DNA from: Planctomycetota bacterium
GTDB lineage: Bacteria; Planctomycetota; JAJSAM01
Assembly: GCA_025459285.1 (NCBI GenBank)
Contig: JALOQY010000002.1
Location: 1-54,191, forward strand
DNA length: 54,191 nucleotides
Reading direction: 5' to 3'
Shown: piece by piece, positions 34,544 to 42,477 of the stretch
Position numbering within the stretch: position 1 is the first letter of the stretch
Layout of the letters: each line of letters begins with the position of its first letter
Notes under the pieces: model-generated
The model's database searches: none
The model's input: the letters and a program-made list of their open reading frames with translations, nothing else
What the model was told of the DNA's origin: nothing
Translations under genes and position numbers: made by a program

Positions 34544-36907
34544 ATGAGATTCCCGCTGCTTTCGCTCGCGCTCTGCCTCGTCGCCTGTCGTGTCCCCGCG
34601 CCCGGCTCCGGGGCGGCGGAGGGAGAGGCGTTACGGGGTTTCACGGTCGTCCCCTACGACGGGAGCTTCGCGGAGTACCACGCGGTCGCCACCGCCGCGG
34701 ACTCCCTCGGGGACCTCGTCGCGGTGGCGGAGACGACCGTGCGGGACCGGCTCGGCATCCGGCTCGACCCCGAACGGTCCGTGGCGATCCTGCTCGCGGA
34801 CGATGTTCCGTGGACGCGGGTCGAGACGAAGGTGCGGTCCGGACGGCGCGTGACGGAGGTCCGGCTCCCGGCGGCCGCGCTGGCCCAGGGACGGATCGCC
34901 CCGGGACCGCTCGTCACCGATGCGGTGTGCCGCGTGGCCCTCTCCGACGAGGGGCTCGCGCGGCTGCCGCCGTGGTATGTCGCGGGGGCGCCCCTGTGGG
35001 TGTCCGGGGGCCTCGAGCGGGCGCTCCGCGAGGCGGTCCTCGGGGGACCGAAAGTGCGGACCGACCCCGACCGGATCTCCGGCGGAGCCGACCCCTTCGG
35101 AGGGAAGGCGGAGCCCCTCGCGAGCGGACTCGCGCTGCGGTTCCTCGCGGAGGAGTTCGGTGCGGACCGGGTGCGGGACCTCTTCGAGGCCCTGCGGCGG
35201 GCGGACTCGGCGGAGGAGGGACTGCGGGCCGTCCTCGCCACGGATCCCGCCTCCCTTCCGGTGGCCTTCGAGTCCTTCCGGCTGCGGGTCGTCTCGGAGG
35301 TGACCGACGACCGGATCGTCCGGGAACTCGCGGCGGCGCAGGGGGTCGCGCCGCGCGAGAGGGCCACCCGGCTGTCGGGCCTCGCGTCGAAGACGGCGGA
35401 CCCGTGGATCTCCGCCGCGGTCCTCGAGGAACTGGCCCTGGCCCTCTTCGAAGCCGGCGAGTACCGGGATGCGTCGGAGGTCCTGGCCCGGGTCGAGCGG
35501 GAGCACGCCGCGCACGCCCTGCACCTCGACCGGGACCGGCTGCACTTCGCGCTGTGCTTCGCGCGGTCCGGCGAGGCCGAGGCGGCGGCGCTCCGACTCG
35601 ACGCCTTCCTGACGGAGTTTCCCGGAAGTTCGCTCCGGCCCGTCGCGGAGTTCGAGCAGGCCGGGATCCTCCTCGATCTCGGTCGGACCGGGGAGGCGAT
35701 GGCCCTCTACCGCCGGCTGTCGCAGGGAGGCCCGTTCGCCGATCCCTCGCACCGGGTTCTCGCGGCCTTCGAGGCGGCGCGCTTCCATTACTTCGCGGCC
35801 CGCACGCATCTCGCGGCGCTGCGCGGCGACCCGGAGGCCGCGCGGAGTCTCGCGGCGCTCGACGCCGAACTGGCCGGCGGACTCCCGGAGGGCGGCCGGC
35901 AGGCGCTCGCGGCGGCCCTCGCGGCGGCCGCGTCCGGGGCGGAGACCGAAGCGGCGGAGACCATCGCCGGCGTGGGCCCCGCGGGCACTCCGGTCCTGCT
36001 CGGGAGCCTCGCGGCGAACCCGCCGGCGGGCGTCCGCAAGGCGATCCTCGCCGGCGCGGCCACGTGGGGGCGCGGAGACTGCGAGGTCCTCCTCTTCCGG
36101 CTCCTCGCCGATCCCGAGCCGGAAGTGGCCGCGGGCGCCGTCGGCGCGCTCCTCGCCGCCGGAGTGACGCCGGGGGACCTGCGCTCCCTGCTCGACCGCC
36201 ACCCCGATCCGGTCCCGGCGGCGCGCGCGGAATGGGATCGCCGGTTCGGCGGGGCGCCGGACCGGCCGGACGCGGCCGCGGGCGTCCGGTCGCCGGACGC
36301 CGTGGCGCGACGGAACGCGGCTCTCGCTCTTGCGGACATCGCGGGTCCGGAAGCCCTCGCCGCGCTCCTCGAACTCCTCGCCGATCCGGCGGCGCCCGTG
36401 CGGGCCGCGGCGGCCGGTTCGCTCGCCGGCCGCCCGGAGCCCGAGGCCCGCGAGGCCGTCCGGGGAGCGCTGTCCGACGGGAACCGGTCCGTCCGGCTCG
36501 CCGCGGCGGGGGGCCTGTTCGCACGGGGGGACCTCGGGCCGCTCCGGGAGCTCGTCCTCGCCGATCCCGACCCGCAGGTGCGGCTCTCGACGGCCCGCTG
36601 GCTCCTGTCCACCGGAACGGACGAGGACATGGCACGGGTGGTGTCGCTTCTCGGGGACGAGGACGGGGTGCTGGCCGGCGCGGTGGAGGCCCTTCTGCGG
36701 TCGGCGGACGGCCCGGCGGTCCTGCGGGCGGCGGGGCCGGCGCTTTCCGCGGCGGCGGACGCGGGCACGGCAATGCGCCTGGTCCGGGTGATCGCCGCCC
36801 ACACGGGCACCGATTTCGGGTACGATCCTGGCGGAGGACCGCGGGAGCGGATCCGAGTGGCGGAGGCTCTCGCCGCCCGGCTGGCCCGTCCGGCCTCCGT
36901 GGAGTAG
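34544..36907 (+). CDS. HEAT/TPR-repeat lipoprotein
   Basis: ATG at 34544 follows GAGGAGG. Lipobox LALCLVAC. A middle TPR-like region is followed by C-terminal HEAT repeats (LLELLADPAAPVRAAAAGSLAG, LADPDPQVRLSTARWLL). Confidence 0.75.
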   Translation: MRFPLLSLALCLVACRVPAPGSGAAEGEALRGFTVVPYDGSFAEYHAVATAADSLGDLVAVAETTVRDRLGIRLDPERSVAILLADDVPWTRVETKVRSGRRVTEVRLPAAALAQGRIAPGPLVTDAVCRVALSDEGLARLPPWYVAGAPLWVSGGLERALREAVLGGPKVRTDPDRISGGADPFGGKAEPLASGLALRFLAEEFGADRVRDLFEALRRADSAEEGLRAVLATDPASLPVAFESFRLRVVSEVTDDRIVRELAAAQGVAPRERATRLSGLASKTADPWISAAVLEELALALFEAGEYRDASEVLARVEREHAAHALHLDRDRLHFALCFARSGEAEAAALRLDAFLTEFPGSSLRPVAEFEQAGILLDLGRTGEAMALYRRLSQGGPFADPSHRVLAAFEAARFHYFAARTHLAALRGDPEAARSLAALDAELAGGLPEGGRQALAAALAAAASGAETEAAETIAGVGPAGTPVLLGSLAANPPAGVRKAILAGAATWGRGDCEVLLFRLLADPEPEVAAGAVGALLAAGVTPGDLRSLLDRHPDPVPAARAEWDRRFGGAPDRPDAAAGVRSPDAVARRNAALALADIAGPEALAALLELLADPAAPVRAAAAGSLAGRPEPEAREAVRGALSDGNRSVRLAAAGGLFARGDLGPLRELVLADPDPQVRLSTARWLLSTGTDEDMARVVSLLGDEDGVLAGAVEALLRSADGPAVLRAAGPALSAAADAGTAMRLVRVIAAHTGTDFGYDPGGGPRERIRVAEALAARLARPASVE

Positions 36908-36910
36908 CGC

Positions 36911-38221
36911 GTGCGAGAGTTCGAGCTGATCGACTGGATACGGGGCCGCTCCGGGCCCGCGGGCGGTCTCGTCGTCCTGGGCATCGGGGACGACGCCGCT
37001 GTGCTGGACCTCCGCACGGACGGCCGCGCCGTGGTCACGACAGACCTGATCCTCGAATCGACGCACTTCCTCGCCGGTGACGACCCCTTCGACGTCGGGT
37101 ACAAGGCGATGGCGGTCAGCGTCTCGGATGTCGCGGCGATGGGCTGCCGCTCGGTGGCCGGGTTCCTCGCCGTGGGACTCCGGCGCGACCGGGGGGAGGA
37201 GTACGCGAAACGCCTGTTCGAGGGAGCGCTCGCGGTGTGCCGGGAGGCGGGCGCGGCGCTGGCGGGCGGGGACACGACGGAGTCGCGTGGCGGCACGGTC
37301 CTCTGCTCCACGGTGGTGGGGGCGGTTCCGCCGGGCGGTGAGCCGATCCTCCGGAGCGGGGCTCGACCGGGCGAGGCCGTCTTCGTCACCGGCCGGCTCG
37401 GAGGCTCGCTCGCCGGCCGCCATCTGCGCTTCGCACCGCGCCAGGCCGAGGCGCTGGCCCTCGTGGCCGGGGGGCGGGTGGGCGCCATGATCGATCTCTC
37501 GGACGGTCTCAGTTCCGACGCCGGCCACGTTGCGCGGGCCAGCGGCGTGCGGCTCCTCCTCCTGGCCGACCGGATCCCCATCTCCGAGGCCGCGCGATCG
37601 GCCGCGGACGGGCGGTCCGCTCTGAGCCGTGCCCTCGATGACGGAGAGGACTTCGAACTCCTCTTCACGGCGCCCCATGAGCGCGCGGCGGCGCTGGAGC
37701 GGGACGGTCTCGCCGGGGTGACGTCGGTGCGGGAGATTGTAGGGCCGCCAGGCCGCCTCCTCGTCCTGACGCGCTCCCCGGGGGAGACGCGGGCCTTCGC
37801 GCGCCGCCTGGGGAGTCTGCTCACCGGCGGGGAGTTCGTGGCGCTCTCCGGGCCGCTCGGCGCGGGGAAGACGGCGTTCGTGAAGGGCGTCGCAGAGGGG
37901 ATGGGCATCGATCCCCGGGACGTGACGAGTCCGACCTTCCTCCTGATCCACGAGATTCCGGGACCCCGTCCGCTCTGCCACGCCGATGCCTACCGGGTGC
38001 GAGACGGCGGCGAACTGCGTGAGGCCGGACTGGAGGAGGGTCGCGGTCCCCCCTGGGTGATTGCCGTGGAGTGGGCGGATCGCGTGCCGGACGTGGTGCC
38101 CGCCGATCACCTGTCGGTCGTCCTCTGCCCGGCCGGCGAGGAGGCCCGGGAGATCGTCATCGAGGGCCAGGGGCCGCGCCACGCCGGCCTCGTCGCACGG
38201 CTTGCGGAAGGCCGGCCATGA
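36911..38221 (+). CDS. thiL: fusion ORF: thiamine-monophosphate kinase ThiL + tRNA t6A ATPase TsaE
   Basis: ThiL motifs GIGDDAAVL, VSVSDVAAMG, GGDTTES and DLSDGLSSDAGHVA. Without a stop, TsaE motifs follow: LSGPLGAGKTAFVKG, VTSPTFLLIHE, HADAYRV and VEWADR. GTG start at 36911. Confidence 0.8.
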   Translation: MREFELIDWIRGRSGPAGGLVVLGIGDDAAVLDLRTDGRAVVTTDLILESTHFLAGDDPFDVGYKAMAVSVSDVAAMGCRSVAGFLAVGLRRDRGEEYAKRLFEGALAVCREAGAALAGGDTTESRGGTVLCSTVVGAVPPGGEPILRSGARPGEAVFVTGRLGGSLAGRHLRFAPRQAEALALVAGGRVGAMIDLSDGLSSDAGHVARASGVRLLLLADRIPISEAARSAADGRSALSRALDDGEDFELLFTAPHERAAALERDGLAGVTSVREIVGPPGRLLVLTRSPGETRAFARRLGSLLTGGEFVALSGPLGAGKTAFVKGVAEGMGIDPRDVTSPTFLLIHEIPGPRPLCHADAYRVRDGGELREAGLEEGRGPPWVIAVEWADRVPDVVPADHLSVVLCPAGEEAREIVIEGQGPRHAGLVARLAEGRP

Positions 38222-41200
38222 GGACCCTCGCCGCGCTCCTCATCTTCGCGGGCGTCGCGATCGCGGCCCCCCTCACGGTGACGGTGCGCACCGACGACGG
38301 CGCCGGGAATCACGTCCCGGTGCCCGGAGCGGCGGTCATCGCCGCGGACGCCGGCGCCACGGTCTTCCCGGAGGACGCGCTCTCGGGCGCCCTCTCCACG
38401 GACCCGGCCGGCCGGGCCGTGATCCGCGGCTTCGCCTCCGTCGTGGTCGGCCCGGACGAGACGGAGGTGACGATCGACCTCCCCGCCGAGGCGATCCTCG
38501 CGGGGCGGGTGGTGGACGCGCAAGGGCGGGCGGTGCCGGCGGCGGAGGTCCGGTTGACGCGCGAGACGGGCGAGGACCTCGCGGTGCCCACGGGGCGGGG
38601 GCGCCTGTCGTTCCGGACGTATTGTGACGTCGAAGGGCAGTTCCGAGTGGATCGGTTGGCCCGCGGCGCGCGGTACGCGGTCGTGGTGCGCGCGCCGCCT
38701 TCCGCTCCGCTGGTCCTCCGGGACCACGAGCCGCCTCCGGAGCCGGTGACGCTAGCGCTGGCCCCGGGCGCGGCGGTGCGGGGACGGGTCACGGCCCGGC
38801 CCGGAGGCGAGCCCGTGGCCGGGGCCGAAGTGGTCGCCGGCGAAGCGACGGCCCGGACCGGCCCGGACGGCAGCTTCGTTCTTCGCGGCATCGCCCCCGG
38901 AACGGTCGTCCTCGGCGTGCGGGCGCCGGGCGTGCGGAGCGTCGAGGAGGCCCGGATGCTGCTGGGCCCGGGCGAAGAGAGGTCCGGCGTCGTCCTTGCG
39001 GTGCGGGCGGCGGCGCGGATCCGCGGGCGGGTCCTCCGGCCGGACACGACACCGGCGGCAGGGGCCGAAGTGTTCCTCGTCTACCCGTCCGATCCCGCGA
39101 GGCCGGGGGAGACGCGGCGGATCGAGACCGCACGCTGCGACGACACCGGACGGTTCGAGTCGCAGGACCTCGATCCGGCGCGCGGCGTGGACCTGATCGC
39201 GAGACACCCGGAGTCCTCTCCCGTCGCGCACCTCGGCTACACCCTGTCCGCCGGGGCAAGCGTGGAGGCCGTGGTATTCCTGCGCCCGGGCGGTGTCCTC
39301 GCGGGACGGGTCATCGCGGCGGAGACCGGGGAGGGCGTCGAGGGGGCCACGGTGACCGCGGTGGACGAGGCGGCGGCACCGGCCGGTCCCGGGGCCCCAC
39401 TCGGGACGGCCGGCCTGCTTTCCGTCTCCGCCACGACCGGGAAGGACGGGGCCTTCGTCCTGCCCCATGTGCCCGCCGGGCGCCGGCTGCTCCGGGCGGT
39501 CGCGCCGGGGCGTCCGCCGGCCTCGCTCGCCGGCGTGGAGGTGGCGGAGGGAAGCCGGCGGGAAGGCCTCGGCCTCGTCCTCGGGACGGGCGTCGTCCTC
39601 GCGGGCACGGTGCGGGGAACCGGTGGCGTGCCGCTCGCGGACGCGGAAGTGGCGGCGGAGGGCGCCTTCGGGATTCGCGCCGAGACGCGAACCGGGGCGG
39701 ACGGGACGTTCCGGCTCGCGGGCCTCGTGGCCGGTCCGTGGCGCGTCAGCGTCTCCGCCCCCGGTTACGCCCCCGGCGTCACCCCGGAGGCCATCGCGCC
39801 GGGTCCGGCCCTCGACTTCGTCCTCGGCCGGACGACGGGGATCGCCGGGCGCGTCGTGGTCCCCGGCTCCGGCCCGACGGCGGCCATCGTGCGCGCTCTG
39901 CTCTGGCGCGAGGAGGACCCCGCGGAGCCGGGGCGGCCGTCCTGGAGCGTCGTCGCGGTCCGCCGCGCGGGGGCCGGAGACGGCGCCTTCGCCTTCGCCG
40001 ATCTTCCGCCGGAGACGTTCCGCCTGGAGGCGTTCGCGGAGAACGGGAGCCACGGCCTTCTGGACGGGGTGCGGGCGGGCGGCGAACCGGTGGAGATCGC
40101 GGTGGTGCCGGGATTCCCCGTGAGCGGCCGGGTGGTCCGGAGCATCGACGGCCGGCCGGTGGAGGCGGCGGAGGTGGCGCTACGGGGGAACGCCGATCTG
40201 CCGGCCCCGTGCGCCACGAGGACGGACGCGGAGGGCCGCTTTCGCCTGTCCGGGCTGCCCCCGGGCTTCCACGCGGTCCTGGTCTCCGCACCGGGCTTCG
40301 CCCCCCGGCTGGTGGCGGGAGTCGAGGTCCGGGAGGGGTCTGAGACGGAGATTTCCGACATCCGTCTTTCGGAGGGTGCCGTCGTACGGGGGACCGTGAC
40401 CGGATCCGGTGGGGCGCCGCGGGTGGGCCTCGCGGTGCGACTACGGACCGTCGCCTCCGGTGCCGAGGTGCGGGTGGTTACGGACGAGCGCGGGGAGTTC
40501 GAGGTGTCGGGTCTTGCGGCCGGAGAGTGGCTGGCGAGGGTCGAGGACGCGCGGGCGGGCACGGGGGGGGCCGAGCGGGAGCGGCTCTTCCGGGTGCCGG
40601 AGGAGGGCGAGGTCGAGCTCCTCCTCGGAACCGGCCAGGGGACCACCGTTTCCGGCCGGATCACTCGCCGGGGCGATGCGCAGCCGCACGCCGCCATCAC
40701 CGCCCTGCGGATCACCGGGGGGATCGCCGAGGACCGGGCGTTCCTCACGGTCCGGGCGACGGCGGAGGGGGACTACCAGCTCCCGGACCTCGATCCGGGC
40801 GACTATGTCCTCCTCGTGCGGACGGCCGGCCCCGGGGGCTTCGCCGCGCGGTTCCCGATCCGGGTACGACCCGGACCGTCCCAGACGGAGGATCTCCGCC
40901 TCGCGGACTCCGGGATCGCCGGGCGCGTCGAGGATCTCGACACCGGGGAGGGTGTCGCGGGAGCGGAACTCGTCCTGATCCGGGAGGGTGACCCGGGGAC
41001 CGGGTTCATGGCGGGCCTGTTCGCGGAGGAGGGCCGGGTCCGCTCCGGCGAGGAGGGGGAGTTCAGGTTCGAATCGGTGGAACCGGGGCTGTACCGCATC
41101 CGGGCCTTCCGTGAGGGGAGCGGGCAAGCCGTCGCCGGGCCCATCCGTGTGCTGCCGGGCGGCGAGACGCCGGCGCGGATCGCCCTTCCCCGGGGCGCCC

Positions 41201-41769
41201 GCCTGATCGTGCGCGTCTTCTCGGACCGCGGTCGGCCGGCCCCGGCGGCACGGGTCCGGGTCCTCGACGCGGCAGGCGAACCGGCCACGCTCCCGGCGGA
41301 TCGGCCCTGCGACGCCGAGGGCCGGTGCGTGCTCGACGGGCTCCGCGCCGGGGTGTACACCGTCCGCGTGGAGGCCGAAGGCCGGGCCCCGGCGGAGAGG
41401 ACGGGGGTCGAGGTGTTCCCCGGAGGGCAACCGTTGGAAGTCGAGTTGCGACTGGCCGCGGAAGGTCGCCTGGTGCTCCGCGTGGCGGGGCCGGGGGGCT
41501 TCGGTCTTTCGGGGGCGAAAGTGAGCCTGCGGGATTTCTGGGGCCGACCGGTTCCGTTCACCCGCGTGGAGGCCGGCCTCCGAAGAGCCTTCCGGGAGCC
41601 CGACCAGTCCGACGAGGACGGGGAACTCGCGATCCCGGGCCTGCCGGCGGGGATCTACGAGGTTTCCGCAGAGCTCCCGGGCTTCGCGGGCCGGCCGGCA
41701 CGCGTCCGGGTCCTGGACGGGGAGATGTCGAGGGGGACCGTCGTCCTCGCCCCGATCGAGAAGCGCTAA
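38218..41769 (+). CDS. secreted protein of ~12 tandem carboxypeptidase-regulatory-like (prealbumin-fold) domains
   Basis: The ATG overlaps the thiL-tsaE stop (ATGA). Signal peptide LAALLIFAGVAIA. A recurring ~85-aa module reads GRVxDxxGxPVxGAEVxL....TDxxGxFxLxGLxPGxYxVxVxAPGF. Confidence 0.8.
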   Translation: MRTLAALLIFAGVAIAAPLTVTVRTDDGAGNHVPVPGAAVIAADAGATVFPEDALSGALSTDPAGRAVIRGFASVVVGPDETEVTIDLPAEAILAGRVVDAQGRAVPAAEVRLTRETGEDLAVPTGRGRLSFRTYCDVEGQFRVDRLARGARYAVVVRAPPSAPLVLRDHEPPPEPVTLALAPGAAVRGRVTARPGGEPVAGAEVVAGEATARTGPDGSFVLRGIAPGTVVLGVRAPGVRSVEEARMLLGPGEERSGVVLAVRAAARIRGRVLRPDTTPAAGAEVFLVYPSDPARPGETRRIETARCDDTGRFESQDLDPARGVDLIARHPESSPVAHLGYTLSAGASVEAVVFLRPGGVLAGRVIAAETGEGVEGATVTAVDEAAAPAGPGAPLGTAGLLSVSATTGKDGAFVLPHVPAGRRLLRAVAPGRPPASLAGVEVAEGSRREGLGLVLGTGVVLAGTVRGTGGVPLADAEVAAEGAFGIRAETRTGADGTFRLAGLVAGPWRVSVSAPGYAPGVTPEAIAPGPALDFVLGRTTGIAGRVVVPGSGPTAAIVRALLWREEDPAEPGRPSWSVVAVRRAGAGDGAFAFADLPPETFRLEAFAENGSHGLLDGVRAGGEPVEIAVVPGFPVSGRVVRSIDGRPVEAAEVALRGNADLPAPCATRTDAEGRFRLSGLPPGFHAVLVSAPGFAPRLVAGVEVREGSETEISDIRLSEGAVVRGTVTGSGGAPRVGLAVRLRTVASGAEVRVVTDERGEFEVSGLAAGEWLARVEDARAGTGGAERERLFRVPEEGEVELLLGTGQGTTVSGRITRRGDAQPHAAITALRITGGIAEDRAFLTVRATAEGDYQLPDLDPGDYVLLVRTAGPGGFAARFPIRVRPGPSQTEDLRLADSGIAGRVEDLDTGEGVAGAELVLIREGDPGTGFMAGLFAEEGRVRSGEEGEFRFESVEPGLYRIRAFREGSGQAVAGPIRVLPGGETPARIALPRGARLIVRVFSDRGRPAPAARVRVLDAAGEPATLPADRPCDAEGRCVLDGLRAGVYTVRVEAEGRAPAERTGVEVFPGGQPLEVELRLAAEGRLVLRVAGPGGFGLSGAKVSLRDFWGRPVPFTRVEAGLRRAFREPDQSDEDGELAIPGLPAGIYEVSAELPGFAGRPARVRVLDGEMSRGTVVLAPIEKR

Positions 41770-41825
41770 CAGCCCGTCGGGGCAAGCCTCCGCTCTGGTG
41801 GAAGCCCATCGGCGACGGGCTGCTA
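41767..41825. repeat. palindromic repeat family, sub-family B copy
   Basis: TAA stop (41767-41769), then cagcccgtcggggc, then the core aagcctccgctctggtggaagcccat, then cggcgacgggctgcta. Confidence 0.75.
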
Positions 41826-41837
41826 CCCCGATTGCCC

Positions 41838-41863
41838 CGAACTTTTCGCGGCGGAATCCGTTC
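41838..41863 (+). promoter_or_regulatory. possible ECF-type promoter (GAAC-N16-CGTT) upstream of the ECF sigma gene
   Basis: ccGAACtt at 41839-41842 and CGTT at 41859-41862 are separated by 16 nt. The motif lies ~22 nt upstream of the ATG at 41884, which is consistent with autoregulated ECF promoters. Confidence 0.35.
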
Positions 41864-41883
41864 ACAGGGGACGATGGTGGTTA

Positions 41884-42477
41884 ATGACCGAACCGGACTC
41901 CGAGTTGATGGAACGCTACCGCGATGGCGACGAGGAGGCGTTCCGACTCATCGTCCAGCGGTTCCAGCGACCGCTCATCAACTTCTTTTTCCGGCTGACC
42001 TGGGACCGTTTCGCGGCGGAGGATTACGCCCAGGAGGTTTTCATCCGGCTCATCCGGCACCGGGCGAACTACCGGCCGTCGGCGAAGTTCTCGACCTATC
42101 TGTTCCGTATCGCGAAGAACTACTGGATCGACCGATACCGCGAACGCGCGGCGGCGCCGCGGCCGGCCTCCCTGGAGGCGGTCGTGGGCGGTGAACGAGG
42201 AGACGGGCCGAGGCTCGTGGAGACGGTGGCGAGCGATCTGCCCGGAGCGGAGGAGATGCTGGATCGGAAGGAGATCCGGCGGAGGGTCCGGGAGGCCCTC
42301 CTCGAACTCCCGGAGGAGCAGAGGCTCGTGTTCATCCTCTCGGAGAACCAGGGCCTCCGGTATTCGGACATCGCGGAGGTGATGGAGATCCCGGTCGGCA
42401 CGGTGAAATCACGCATGCACGCGGCGGTCCTGCGCCTGCGGGAGATCCTGAAGGACATCGCCCATGGCACCTCGTGA
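41884..42477 (+). CDS. ECF-type RNA polymerase sigma factor (sigma-70 family, regions 2 and 4)
   Basis: FRLIVQRFQRPLINFFFRL, EDYAQEVFIRLIRH (region 2) and LRYSDIAEVMEIPVGTVKSRMHAAVLRLRE (region 4). Confidence 0.9.
   Translation: MTEPDSELMERYRDGDEEAFRLIVQRFQRPLINFFFRLTWDRFAAEDYAQEVFIRLIRHRANYRPSAKFSTYLFRIAKNYWIDRYRERAAAPRPASLEAVVGGERGDGPRLVETVASDLPGAEEMLDRKEIRRRVREALLELPEEQRLVFILSENQGLRYSDIAEVMEIPVGTVKSRMHAAVLRLREILKDIAHGTS

Noticed and set aside
34631-38182. 1183-aa ORF on the minus strand
   Set aside because: It is antisense to the HEAT/TPR lipoprotein and thiL-tsaE. The composition is Arg/Pro/Gly-rich with no recognisable domain, so I treat it as a shadow ORF. The same reasoning applies to 356..1738, 1158..3242, 6065..7777, 10015..11145, 28560..30827, 40441..41865, 42332..43897, 44241..45572, 46988..48298 and 48556..50763.
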